Assembly (NCBI RefSeq): GCF_018977255.1
Contig: NW_024704742.1
Location: 12,960,001 to 13,024,000 of the forward strand
Length of the DNA stretch: 64,000 nucleotides
Origin: Callorhinchus milii
Taxonomy: Eukaryota
Direction: 5' to 3'
Under the pieces are notes generated by a model. It had not been told where the DNA came from. It did no database searches and was given only the letters and a program-made list of their open reading frames with translations. Shown here piece by piece: positions 1-13,174 of this stretch (the first letter of the stretch is position 1; every line of letters begins with the position of its first letter). Both the position numbers and the translations under genes were made by a program.

Positions 1-345
1 TTTGAATAATGCATGGGTGGAGAGGAAAGAGCGCAGCTGGGAGGCGACAACTCTTTCAAGGACTTTGGACAGGAAGGGGAGGTTGGAGATGGGCAGGTAG
101 CTTGATAGCTGCGACGCATCAAGGGAGGGTTTTTTCAAAGTGGGAGTGATGATGGCAGTTTTTAGGGGAATGGGAACAGAGCCAGAGGAGAGGGACAGGT
201 TAATGGTGTCTGTGAGAAGTGGGGCAAGGAGGTGGAGCTGAGAGATGAGGAGTGGAGTGGGATGGTGTCAAGGGAGCAGGTGGTGGGTTTCAGGGACAGG
301 ATGAGTTTGGTGACAGAGGGTGGGGAAACGGGTTCGAAGGTGTGT
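1..345 (-). mobile_element. L2-clade LINE ORF2 fragment (decayed)
   Basis: Minus-strand SLKPTTCSLD.IP matches SMKPTTCCVDPL in the L2 copy at 50880-51100. Confidence 0.75.
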
Positions 346-675
346 AGGGGAGGAAAAGGAAGAAAACACCATTGTGGAGAGAGCTCTCTTATCTGCAGTA
401 GATTAATGGGAGGTGCCCTTGTGGAGTAATGTATGTATCTTAATGCAGAATGTGTCATTCCAAATGGTTGTGATCTGATTGTGGATTGAATTCCCCTGTG
501 CCAAATAAGCAAGGGTTAAAAAACACAAGTTTCACAGTTAGACTTGGCTGTACCTAGCACATGCATTATAATTCTGAAAAAAATTGCTTTTCAAGAAGAG
601 GAAACAAATTGCATTGAGGTGGCTCTACATGTGTATGAGCATGTGTCTTACATTATTGTCGCTTGTAACTTTCAG

Positions 676-848
676 AATCTGCACCTAGTTCCCCCAGAAT
701 GGGAAGTCCTGGTGATGCAAAGAACAATGCTGAAATCAGTAACCTTCAGACGATGTCTAAAGGGTTGTCGACAAGTTTGCCTGATCTAGACTCTGATTCT
801 TGGATCGAGGTCAAAAAGAGACACCGTCCATCACCATTAAAATCAAAG
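676..848 (+). CDS. LARP1B: LARP1B internal coding exon (E)SAPSSPRMGSP...GLSTSLPDLDSDSWIEVKKRHRPSPLKSK; upstream exons lie outside the window
   Basis: ttcag acceptor at 671-675 and gt donor at 849. Translation carries the LARP1-family GLSTSLPDLD..WIEVKKRH motif. Phase 1 to 0, compatible with the next exon. Confidence 0.92.
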
Positions 849-1685
849 GTATACTTGGGTTTTATCCTCTGATAACCTTCCTTCAATGTGTTATTAACTG
901 AAGTCAAAGCCATCAGGATGATTTTTTTTACAAAAATGTTATACATAGTACTGATCTCACAAGATGTTTCTGGAGTAATAAATAGCCCAAACTGAATTGT
1001 AAACTGATTTCTTAAAAGGGAAGTAGTGGATAAGGCTATCCTTAGGGCAATTCAATTTGAAGTATAATAATTCTTCAGGTTTATCAAAATCAAAAGTGTT
1101 TTTATGAATTGTTACTGGAATTATTCTTTGCAGTGAATTTCCTTTCCAGCACATGTATTTTGCATCAGATGTGTGGGATGTCTTTTGCCTCTCAATTTTA
1201 GCATCAGACACTTAAGTGCAATGATGCCCCTTTATAAACATGGTACTTGGGGTCCATAAATCCTAATCAGTTTTATAGCTAATTGCCTTCATTTTGCCAG
1301 AACAGAGGATGTGGGTGTATGTGTTCAGCCATCAAATCGGTAAGCAGGCTTTTAACTGATCACTAATCAATCAATAAATAAACGAGGGTGATTCATACCA
1401 TTGTGTGGATTCCACACACGTCTTTCCCGTTGTCTAGGGGACCCATTTCTTGAATCGGGTGCTTTGCAATCCCCTTGCTCTGTGAACCAGTGCAGACTCA
1501 ATAGGCCAAATAGCTGCCCCCTGCCTTGTAGATTTCTATGTGTTTATTTTGTCTTTCTGCGCACCGACTGTGGTTTTGAAGTACTGATGGAGCCAATATG
1601 CACATTGTAGAAGTTATTTTGGGTAACTAGATGGTAAGATGTACACTTTTTTTTGTCAACCAGATGTCTGACACATGTTGAAACC

Positions 1686-2480
1686 TAACAACAACTTACG
1701 TTTTTATAGCGCCCTTCAAGTGGGGTGGAGTCCCAAAGCACTTGACAGGGGCGGAGTCTGACAATGAGCTAGGGGGAGAGGGAGTGGAACAGTGGCCGTA
1801 AGCACACTCAAAAAGAAAATCTTTCAGCAGGATTTGAAAGTGGGGAGGGAGGGGCAAGGCGGAGGGATTGAGGGGAAAAGTTCCAGAGTCTCAGGGCATA
1901 GTGGCTGAAAGTGAGGTCACTGATGGTGGAGGGGATGAGGGACGATTAGGAGGCTGGAGGCAGCGGGTGGGGGAGCGGGTGGTAAGCAAATCGGATAGGT
2001 AGGGAGATGCGAGAGCATGAAGGGATTTAGAAACGAGTGAGAAGATCTTGAAATCAATCCGTTCAGTAATTGGAAGCCAGTGGAGCCTGGCAAGGACTGG
2101 TGTGATGTGCGTACATAGTTTTGTGTGAGAATCTGGGCTGCAGAGTTCTGAATTTGTTGTATTTTGTGTACGGTAGAGTTGGGGAGACCAGTGAGGAGGG
2201 CATTGGAATAGTCCAGCCGAAAAATTGTGAAAGCGTGGATGAGGGTTTTGGCTGCTTTTGTTAGTAGGTACGGGCGGAAGTGAACAATGTGACGAAGGTG
2301 GAAAAAAGCGGTTCTTGTCAGAGAATGCATGTGGGGTAGAAAGGAAAGCTGGGGATCTAACCTAATGCCTAAGTTGCACATGGGTTCAGTGAGTCTGAAG
2401 GAGAGCCAGGGGAGGTTGAGGAGTTCATACCGCAGGAGAAAGACGTTGACATGGTGGTGAAGGAGGCATGGGGGGATGGC
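1686..2480 (-). mobile_element. L2 LINE 3' fragment with (GTT)n tail
   Basis: NLGIRLDPQLSF..H..SLTRTAFFHLR..., AKTLIHAF..RLDYSNALL.GLP, QIQNSAA. Tail caacaac at 1688. Confidence 0.88.
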
Positions 2481-3084
2481 GGTGGAGGAGGCATCCAGAT
2501 GGATGTTGTCTATTTTGAAAATGAAGAAGTCTAGGACCTTTTTGCACTTGCCATCTGAAGTGATGCCAAGTGCTAAAGAGTATCCAAACAAAACTTAAGC
2601 ATTCCGCCTATACGTGTAAATTCCTGTGCATTTGAATGGGTCACATCCTACTTGCATGTTTCCAGAGAGTGTTTGTCACAGACTAGCAAGAGAGCCAAGG
2701 TTTCGGGACCCCATAGTGTGAAGTTGGGGTACAGCTTGATTTTAACCAGCTAAAACCAGGCAGCTTGTCTTGTCTGACAACCTTCTAGCTTCTTGTCCAG
2801 CTAGGATCACCTTATGATTTAGGGCTTTGGTTTGCAGGATTAATAAAACTTGGAATTATGTAGCGCCCTTCACACTGGTAGCATCTTGGAGTTGGTCTCC
2901 TTATAATAGGTGCTGAAAGGGAAGAATCCCTGCCACCTATGACTGATCTGCCCTCCCAAGTCCTACCGATAAAACAGGCTGGATTGTCTGCAGCTCCAAT
3001 AAGACCCTGCTTACCTTCTTTGTCCCAAGCCCCGCTTCCCACCCTGGGAGAATAGTTGTCGAGTTGGTCATTTGACAACCAAGT

Positions 3085-3660
3085 GGAGTCCTATAGTGGG
3101 TGTATTGGTTAGAGCACTTGCTTCGCAAACGAGAGGACCCAGATTTGATTCCTGGGCTGAGCAAAACCTTAGGCAAATTTCCTCACTCCACATGCCTATG
3201 TTTACCTAGCAGTAAGTAGAAACCTGGTTGTTAACCGATTGGCAGATCACTTTCTGGGGGTAATAATCCCTTCAAAAAGTAAATTAATAATAATAATAAT
3301 TTGGTCACTCAATCCACGGGTATTTGTGGGTTATTGCTGTGCGCAATTGGCTGCCGCGTTACACCCACGAAACATAGTAAATTCACTTCACTGTATATTC
3401 TGCATAGCGCTTTCAGACATCTCAACGACATAATAATAATAATAATAATCCTTGCATTTGATATAGCGCTTTTCACGTCGGGAGGACGTCCCAAAGCGCT
3501 TCACAGAACACACTGTAAAGTGAATTGACTGTATATTTGTGGGCGAACGCGGCAGCCAATTGCGCACAGCAATGTCCCACAAACAGTCATGGATTGAAAA
3601 TGACCAATTTATTATTGTTTTTGACATGATAAGGTGCTATATCAAATGCAAGGATTATCA
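3085..3660 (+). mobile_element. tRNA-derived Deu-type SINE with a younger SINE 3' piece (3432-3622) inserted in the opposite orientation
   Basis: tRNA-like head at 3085, Deu-like core ctgtgcgcaattggctgccgcgtt. The tail resumes at 3628 after the insert. GACAT is duplicated at 3427-3431 and 3623-3627. Confidence 0.85.
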
Positions 3661-5129
3661 TAATATATGTAAGTGTGCATTTGAACCCTCACTAGAGGAA
3701 TAGCAGGTGTCAGGAACTTCCTGGCAGCTTCCTGGTGAGCAGCAAAGCATGAAATGCATGAAAGCATTGCCACTATCTACCTGCCCATCACTTGGAACAA
3801 AGGCATTCCAATCCATTGAACAATGGTTTCACCATTTGGAGGTGCAGAGAGTGGGCTACCGCTGCTTGGACTCCAGGTAATGCCTTCCAGCAGCTGCTTC
3901 CTCATTGACCATCTTGTGTCCACTTGAAGCACATTATAAATGGATTCTTAATGGTTGAAGCCAGATACACAGCTAAAAATTTCTTTTATCTTTGCTTGAG
4001 CGATGTGTCTTAACCCCAAATCCGGTAACCAACCTATCACTGGACATATTTTGACTTTTTTATAATGCATATACTTGCTACAGGTATGGGTTCTCCAAGT
4101 AAAGTTACCAATCAGAACAATGAACAGTTTATGCTTTGAGTTAGTTACTAAGAACTGGGATAAGCCTGTCAAAATTAATTTCACATATGATCCTTATAGC
4201 CAACACAGAAAATAAACTTAATCCCAGAGATCTGGGCTAGGATTTAAACTGTAATCCCAGAGATTAAAGTTAGGAGTTCCTGAAGCACTGCAGAGAAGGG
4301 CACTGTGGTTGTGCTCGTCTCTCTTCAAAGACGGCAAGATCCTAATGCAGGTCAGGCTTGTGGCATACAAGATCTGTGTGCAAACAGTTCTCTTATATCG
4401 ATCGGAGTTCCTTGGGATGGAGTGGAGCGGCTTCCTCTGACCCAATTGCAAAGTCCAGGATCAAGCAGTGAGGCTGTGGCAAACATGGGAAGCAGTTGCA
4501 GGGAGGGAGGGCTCCAGATTACACTGATCTGTCGCTGAGCACCTGGCAGGCGGAGTTGGTTTCACAGCAGACATATCTATTTGCCAAGAACTCCCATGAG
4601 GACCTGGATTAAACAACTGGTGCTGAGTAAGTGTGGTTCGTGGCCTCGGACTTGGAGCATCAAAGAGTCTGGAACGTCACAAGCTATCCTGTAAAGGTCC
4701 TCCCTCTGTGGTGGTCTCAGTAGTCCAGTTCCTGAGCCTGGCGGGTCTGCAGTATTCCAGGACAGAGCTTTTGACTGCTCAGCAAGCCTGGCTCATCAGC
4801 AAGACTTGAGGGCAGTGACTGTTCCCACTCAGCTCCTTTTAACCCTACAAAAGCCAAACTGGACAAGCAGCAGGAAAGCTTGCCAGACAGTGCTTTCATT
4901 GGCAAGTTGTGTATTTTTAGCAGATAGACTCCCCATCAGCACCCCAATGCAAGTCATGACTTGCCAACCTGTTCCTAATACTCTCCAGAAATTGAGTAAG
5001 CAGAATGCTTTCCTCCACTCAGGGAGAGAGTTCACATTCCATTCCAATAAATATCTCTGGAATTTCCATGTTTAGGTGGGATGCATGGAACTCTTCAATT
5101 TTGTTAGTCATTAGCATGGTGATAATGTA

Positions 5130-8100
5130 ACATAACATGTCGGAGCAGGAATAGGCCATTCGGCCCTTCAAGCCTGCCCCGCCATTCAATCATGGCTGAT
5201 CTTCTAATCTAACTCCAGCTAATAACCTAACCCTGCCTTATCCCCATATCCCTTAATCCCTTTTGCAATAAGGAATCTATCTATCTCAGTCTTGAATATG
5301 TTCAAGGACAGAGAGTCAACAGCCCTTTGGGGTAGCGAGTTCCATACATTCACCACCCTTTGAGTGAAGAAGTTCTTCCTCAAATCAGTGCGAAAGTGCT
5401 GCCTCTGATTTTAAGGTTGTGACCCCTGGTTTTAGTTTCTCCAACCACTATCTGTCTACTATCTACTCTATCATGCCCTTTGGTGATCTTATAGGTTTCT
5501 ATAAGATCCCCTCTTAATTCTTCTATATTCTAGAGAATATAGCCCCAAATTAGTCAGCCTATCCTCCTAACTCATCCCCTTCATCCCTGGTACTAACCTA
5601 GTAAATTTACGCTGCACCCCCTCCAAGGCAAGTACATCCTTCCTTAAATAAGGAGACAAAACTGCACACAGTATTCCAGGTGTGGTCTCACCAGGGCCCT
5701 ATACAGTTGAGGCAAGACTTCTGTACTCTTATACTCTAATCCTTTCATAATGAATGCTAACATCCCGTTCTCCTTCCTAATTGCTGCTGCACCTGCAGAC
5801 TAACTTTCTGTGATTGGTGTACACGGACACCCAAGTCCCTCTGGACGCCAACACATTCCAATCTCTTCCCCTTCTTAAAAAAAAACCTGCTCTACTGTTT
5901 TTGCTTCCTAGGTGGATGACTTCGCACTTCCCTACGTTATACTTCATCTGCCACCTACCTGCCCAATCACCTGACCTATCTATGTCGCGCTGCATTTTTT
6001 TAATGTCATCCTCTGTGTTGACACTTCCTCCTAGTTTTGTGTCATCCGCAAATTTAGATATATTAACTTCAATGTTAATCAATGTAGATCGTTGATGTAG
6101 GTGGTAAATAGCTGAGGCCCAAGGACTGATCCTTGTGGCACTCCACTAGTCACATCCCGCCAATCTGAAAAGAACCCGTTTATCCCTAACTCTTTGTTTC
6201 CTACCCGTTAACCATTCCCCAATCCACATTAATATGCTCCCCCAATTCCATGGGCCCTTATCTTTTAGACTAACCTTTTGTGCAGCACCTTATCAAATCC
6301 TTCTGCAAGTCCAAATAGACTACGTCCACTGATTCACCCTTATCTAGTTTACTCCAAATATCCTCAAAAAACTCTATGAGATTTGTCAAACATGACTTCC
6401 CTTTTGTAAAGCCATGTTGACTTGGCCTAATTATATTGTGCTCCCCTAAATACCGCACTACCACATCCTTAATCAATGATCAACTAACTGGCCTATAGTT
6501 CCCCATCTCTTTCCACCTTTTTTGAATAGTGGTGTGACATTTGCGATTTTCCAATCCATGGGGACTGTTCCAGAATCCAAGGAATTTTGGAAGATTAGAC
6601 ACAAGGCCTCCACTATCTCATAAGCTACCTCTTTTAAAACCCTGGGATGCAAGCCATCCGGACCAGGGGATTTGTCACTTTTTAGTGCTAACAGTTTCCC
6701 TAGCACCAATTCTCTACTAATGAAAATTTCTCTAAGTTGCTCCCTGTCCTTATCCCCTTGGTGCATCTCTATTATTGGCAGACTTGTTGTGTCTTCTAGG
6801 GTGAAGACAGATGAAAAGTACCCATTTAGGGACTCTGCCATGTCCTTATCCCCCATTACAACTTCTCCCATCTCTGACTGAAGTGGACCTACATTTACCC
6901 TCACTAGCCGATTCCTCTTAATGTATTTGTAAAAACTTTCACAATCAGACTTAACGTTCCTAGCTAGCTTACCCTCATACTCCTTTTTCTCGCTCTTAGT
7001 GAGTTTAGTTTTTTTTTGCTGGTTTCTAAAACTCTCCCAATCTTCAGATTTGCTGCTTTTCTTGGCAGTTTTATAAGTGTTTTCTTTTAATTTGATGCTT
7101 TCCCTAACTGCTCTAGTTAGCCACGGATGAATTGCTTTCCCTGTGGTACTCTTATTCCGCAAGGGAATATGCGACCGCTGAGAATTTTGCACTACATCCT
7201 TAAATATTTGCCACTGTTGGTCTACATTTTTACCTCTTAATCTTATTCTCCAGTCTATTTTACCTAAATCTTTCCTCATACCTACAAAATTAGCCCTATT
7301 TAAATTCAGAATATTTGCCTGGGATTTAACTATATCCCTCTCTAACTTAATGCAGAATTCAATCATATTGTGATCACTCTGCCCTAAGGATTCTTAATAC
7401 CTACACTGCCGACTAGCCCTGTTTCGTTACACAAAACAAGGTCTAGGATGGCCTATCCCCTGGTTGGTTCCTCGACATGCTGCTCTAGAAAGTTATCTCT
7501 TATACACTCAATGAACTCTTCTTCTGACCTACTTTTGGCAATTAGGTTTTCCCAATCTATGTGGAGATTGAAATCACCCACTAATATCGTTTTACCTTTC
7601 CTAGATTCTCTACTGATTTCCTGATTGATACCCTGTGCTATATTGTGATCACTGTTTGGGGGTCTATAAACCACTCCCATTAATATTTTCTGCCATTTAT
7701 TATTTTTTTATTTCCACCCATATTGTCTTGACCTCATCGGATTTCAGATCCTTCCTCTCCACTGCTTTTATTTCATCCCTAATTAACAGGGCTACCCCCC
7801 CACCTCATTTCCCATCTTTCCTGTAAACTGAGAACCCTGGAATATTTAACTCCCACCCTAGATCTCCTTGTAACCATGTTTCAGTGATGGCTACTAGATC
7901 GTGCCCAAATGTGTCTATCTGTGCTTTTGATTCATCAGTTTTATTCTGAATGCTTCGCGCATTCAGATATAACATTTTAAATTTCCTACCATTTCCTCTA
8001 CTCTCTGATTCCTTATCTGCTTTGCCAAGCTTCTTACCCCTAGTTAACATATTCCTATTATCTGGCATGCTATTCTGCACTGTCACCTTTACTTTTTCTA

Positions 8101-8130
8101 ATGCTAACTTATGGTTTCTGATGGATTTTT
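5130..8130 (-). mobile_element. CR1-clade LINE, APE endonuclease plus RT, frameshifted and internally deleted
   Basis: YLNARSIQNK, DLVAITETWL, GVVYRPP, LVGDFN, KSPGPDGLHPRVLKE, WKIANVTPLFKKG, QHGF..KSCLTNL, DVVYLD, KFADDTKL. CR1-type 3' end near 5130. Confidence 0.92.
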
Positions 8131-8807
8131 GCACGTGTCAGATATCTGTCTGGCCAAAAAAAAGATTAAAAGGGGAGTGTACTGACTACCCAGTCCCCTT
8201 CCTTGAATTTTGTGGAACCTAATTTTTTATCCCAGAAAGCGAATCTTTATCTTTACAATTGTGTAATCTTGGTCAGGTGTGGATAATGCCCTACTTGTAC
8301 CATTTAATTATCTCGATAAAAATCTGTGTCATTTAGATAGAACATCCTGTTATTTAAATCTGTACAGATGACCTTTTTAAGTAGTTTGCATGTGGGCATA
8401 GTTGGGTCCATGCATCATAACTGAGTGATGTTTCAGGTTTGCAGAGCAATGCTGTACAGTGGAATGTTTCATTCTACATGCCAACTACTTGCCCAGTTAC
8501 CCCCATTTTTCTTCTATGCCAAAGTGAGGCAGAGCTGTAATCCAGCAAAAGGAATTTCAGTTGTTGCAAGGTTACTGGCAATTTGCCCGAGGAGTGTAAC
8601 TGAACTGGCAACATGACATACATGAGTCATTTTTTTCGCCACCTCTCGGTAGGGACTGAGTAGCCAACACTAGGAAAGATGTAATGGTGTATATTGGGAC
8701 ATGGATAGGGCGGGCAGTTTCTACCCTGAGAAAAATTAATGAGTCTCTCTGGGTCTCGTTTTGCTCCTTCACATCTGTTTCTGCTCACAGCACTGTATTC
8801 ATTTAAT

Positions 8808-8920
8808 ACAACAACAACAAAATTAGATTTGTATCGAGCCTTTCACGTTGGGAGCACGTCCCAAGGCACTGGACAGTCAGAGTTTCAGACCCGAGCTGGG
8901 GTCAGGATTGGGAGGCAACA
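8808..8920 (-). mobile_element. L2 3' tail fragment
   Basis: (CAA)n plus cctttcacg...cccaaggcactggacagtc tail shared with other L2 copies. Confidence 0.7.
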
Positions 8921-8989
8921 GTGAATGCACTCTCCTTTTCAGACATAGCTGTTTAAATCACTTTCTTCCTGCGTCAGATAGGATCAATT

Positions 8990-10043
8990 AATCCTTGCAA
9001 TTGAGTGGCACTTTTCACGTCAGCATGACATCTCAAAGTAATTCACAGAATATAAAGTGTCGTCACTATTTTGTGGGCAAATGCAGCACCCAGTTTGTAC
9101 ACAGCAATTTTCCACAAAAAGCAATGAAGTGAATGACCAGTTTTATTGGGCAAATATTGACCGGACTTTGAACTCATAGTCTAAGATGAAACTCCATTAT
9201 ATTGCTGGGGAGTGTTGGTACCGCTCTTCAGATCAGACATTAGCTTCTGTTCAGCCAAGGGGTTCAGGTGGATATTAAAGATTCCATGGCACGATTAGAG
9301 AGAAGGGAATTTCGACGTCCTGGCCCACAATCCCCCAGATAAAATTGTTTATTCACTTAATGGCTGTTTGCAGGACATTGTTATGTGCAAGTTGGCTGCC
9401 ATGTGTTTACCTACAACTACACAGTCACTACGCTTTAAAGTGAATTCTTTAATTCTTTGTTATGTGGTGAAAGGCACTGTAAGAAAATGCGAGGATAATT
9501 ATTTATTCAACCGGTATATGTAACTGGTGTTGGTTTCTCTCAGTCACTTTTTTAAGTCCATCATCAACAAACTACATACAGTAATTTCTTCAATTGCAGA
9601 AATGCAAGACGACAGTTTAAATGCATAAATATATTTTGTGAATTTTTAATTTGAGGGCAACAACTGCTATATGTAAATTGCAGAAAATATTACTAATTCC
9701 ATCATCAGTATGTTTCTCCACACCATCTCTTTTTCATGAAGGAGTTGTATTTTTTTTTGTTCAAATAGTCAATGTGCCAAATAACATAGTCCTATAATTA
9801 TGCTCAACATAATGGCAGTGTTTTTTAATGAGTATTTAACAATTATACAAATTATTATATGAATACAAGGTATTAAATACCAAATTAATTCTTCAGAATT
9901 ATATGATCAGGATGGCAATATCCTGTCTGCAAATTGGCTGCAGCATTTTCCCACGAAATACAGTTACACCACTTCACAGTATACTTGTAAAACGAGATGA
10001 CTTGACGATGTGATAGAGCTGTATATCCAATGCATGGATTATT
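8990..10043. mobile_element. Cluster of decayed Deu-type SINE pieces (8990-9140 minus, ~9165-9500 plus, ~9905-10043 plus)
   Basis: Deu core and tail motifs (gcaaattggctgc, cacttcacag, aaatgc.aggattatt). Confidence 0.7.
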
Positions 10044-10074
10044 CACTAACCGGTTATTTCTGATTTGGTTTTAG

Positions 10075-10431
10075 GAGACTGAGCCAACCAAATCTCAGCA
10101 AACTTGTAAACCGGAACAAGAGGAACAGGAGGAACTGGATTTCATGTTTGATGAAGAGATGGAACAGATAGAAGGACGCAAGAACACATTCACTGATTGG
10201 TCAGATGATGACTCAGACTATGAAATTGATGATCGTGATGTGAACAAAATCTTGATTGTAACTCAGACCCCTCCCCACTTGCGCAAACATCCTGGGGGGG
10301 ATCGTACAGGAAATCATGTTTCACGAGCAAAAATTACAACTGATCTAGCAAAAGCGATCAATGATGGCCTATACTACTATGAGAAAGATCTTTGGATGGA
10401 AGAGAATGAGCCTGAATATGCAACAATAAAG
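10075..10431 (+). CDS. LARP1B: LARP1B coding exon (ETEP...EELDFMFDEE...HPGGDRTGNH...INDGLYYYEKDLW...TIK)
   Basis: cactaac branch point 10044-10050, ttag acceptor, gtgaat donor at 10432. 357 nt, phase 0-0. Contains LARP1/1B conserved blocks; the RKNTFTDWSD and WMEE wording fits LARP1B. Confidence 0.95.
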
Positions 10432-11452
10432 GTGAATGTTTTTGTGTGTTCAATATACTACTAATCTTGGCTTGTTCAGTATTGTAAACCAGTTGATAGA
10501 ATTCTGTGGAGCATCATAGCACAGAAAGGAGCACTAGTCTTCTCTCCACGTGAACCATTTATTCTTCTTAATTTAAAGACCTGTCTCAGCGTTCTCAGCT
10601 CTAATGATAAAAGCCTTCACTTCTCAAGTCTTTGGTTATGGTAACTAAAATCCCCCTAATCCCGGTAAATTTCTGGGGAATCTTCACTGCTTTCCTTTCT
10701 ACAGCTTCTTATGGTTCTACATTCTTCCAATAATTGACTGCCCATAACACATTACTACAGTTGTAGCCAAACCAATGTTTTATGTTGCTTTTAAAGTCAG
10801 TGCCATTATCTACCTGCGCTATCACCTTGATTGATCTGTATATCTATCCACTGCTATATTGTATTTAAAATGTGTATTTCCTTTATCTATTTGGACCCAA
10901 GATGTACTTCAGATTGTGCTACGTTGAATTGCCATCTATCTGCCCTTCAGTGCCTTTCACTATTCTGTTTTTTTTTACTCCTAATAGTTTTTCAACTACT
11001 GTTTTTCCAACCATCTCACATTCAACTTCATAATCTTGTCTCAACCTCTGATATTGCATTTGTTTTCAAAATATAGTAAATACACTATACAGTAATTGCA
11101 CCTTGGAGTAAAATCATTAATTGTTCAGATGTCCATAGCATTTAAATCGCTTAAATTGGCATTTCGGGTTTGAACTATTGGTATATGGTTGGTCATCCTT
11201 CATGTGTAATTCATTTTTTGGATTTATCTGAAAAATATTGTCTTCTAGATTTAATTGTAAATATGTTGTACATTTTTTTTATCTGATATAGCCTTTGTCT
11301 CTTAATTAAATAATTGTTATACAGTTTTGTGTATTCCAAAATAGAGAATCTATTCACAAATGAATGCTTACTTCCAATTGATTTGGGAGGGATGTGATTT
11401 AGCTTTCTAACACCAGAATTGTAATTGGTTTGCTTCTCTGTCTACAATATAG

Positions 11453-11576
11453 CAAGAAATAGAAAATTTTAAGAAACTAAATGTAATTACTAAAGAACAT
11501 TTTGATACCTTGGCTCCTGAACCACCAATTGATCCAAATCAGGAAGTCCCTCCTGCACCACCAAAAGCCTCACAAG
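11453..11576 (+). CDS. LARP1B: LARP1B coding exon (QEIENFKKLNVITKEHFDTLAPEPPIDPNQEVPPAPPKASQ)
   Basis: atag acceptor, gtaag donor at 11577, 124 nt, frame continuous with neighbouring exons. Confidence 0.93.
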
Positions 11577-12724
11577 GTAAGAATTATATAATCTGTTATA
11601 GACAATATTCTAATTCTCCTGCACCGTTGTCTTGTAGAATTAGATTCCTGTTCTTGCTTTTATGATCAGAGTAAGTTGACCCATTTCTTCTGGTTGAATT
11701 TAAATGCCCAGAAAATAACAAAAGAATGGCAGATATTTTCATTGAACAAATTATATTTGGGATTTGCTCAATTGACATGAAAAGCTACATTTGTACAGCA
11801 TTTAATGTCTTACTTTCTTCAAATCAAATCATTGAACTTGAGTAAATTATATTAAATTTAACTAATATTTGTTTTACATATGTCTAGATGATAAGTCTTA
11901 TAAGGGATCTACAGGTTAAAATTATGATGACATCCCAGCTCGTTAATTTAGTTATTGAACTGTTTAACATTGTAGTGTATTTCAGTGATGATTTTGTTGG
12001 TAATCATTCTCATGTGAGATTAACATCTCCACTTGCTACTTCCATTATGGCAGCTATGATTTGGCTTGGGCTGCACAGCACATGATCAGAAAAGAGATTT
12101 TTTCAAGGGCCTGACTAAAAAAAATTACCGTGTTTTACAGGACTGGTATTTTCACTAATTATGTAAGTAGTGCTAAATGTAATGAAATAAAATTCTGATA
12201 TTCCACATTTTCAATATTTTCCTGAGATTTTTTGGGATTGTCCTCCTTGGGGGCTTCAAGGTAACATACAACAGAATTAACATGTCTTACCTGAAGGACT
12301 GGAGGCAAATATTCTTCTCACTCAAGTCCTGTTAACCATGAAATCCAAAGCTCTTAACAGGTAGGGTGGTCCTAGCTGGACAAACAATAGGACGCTTGCC
12401 AGACAGTGCTTTCGATGGCAAGCTATGCAGTTTTAGCTGGTTAAACTTCATTATTACCCCAGCACACACTCTGAGGTCCCCAAGCCTTGACTCTTGCCAG
12501 TCTTCTCCTGATAGTCTAGAATTGCCAGCATCCAGCTTCTTGGGATGTCCTCCTTCGTGAATGAGCTAAATGCAATTTGTTGTTGTTGGTTATCTTTATA
12601 TGAGTGGCCATCTTGAGTGACATACTGAAAGGCACCTGCCCCATTGGAACCATGCCCTGATCTACAGGAGAGAAAAGTGCCATTAAATGATGCAGAAGCA
12701 AGTCTTAATTGTTTTTTCTGACAG

Positions 12725-12933
12725 ATTATACTGAAGAGCTCGCCAATAAGTTGTTTGGTATTCCAGAACCTCCATCATCAAACCTGGCCCGTTCTTTGCC
12801 TACAACTGTACCAGAATCTCCAGTATGTCCTGCCAGAACACCAAGAACACCTCGAACACCTCGGTTACAGGATGCTAACAAGACTCCTCGGTTCTATCCT
12901 GTTGTTAAAGAAGGACGGTCACTAGATGTTGAG
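12725..12933 (+). CDS. LARP1B: LARP1B coding exon (DYTEELANKLFG...ARSLPTTVPESP...RTPRTPRTPR...TPRFYPVVKEGRSLDVE)
   Basis: acag acceptor, gtataa donor at 12934, 209 nt. Carries the LARP1-family ARSLP and RTPRTPRTP/RFYPVVKE motifs. Confidence 0.94.
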
Positions 12934-13174
12934 GTATAATAAAGGCTTAGTTTGTACTTTTATCTAAAACCTAAAACAAATGCGTTAATAAGACCTTGCT
13001 TGATCACATCTATCATTAGAATGTCTTGATTAGTGTGTGATGCATTACCTGATGAGAAGCTGTGGGTTATAAATGTTATATATTGGTTGTTCCTCACAAA
13101 TTATACCATTTTAGATTATGGAATGATGGCATAGCAGAATCATGACACAACAACAAGATAATATTTGTATAATA

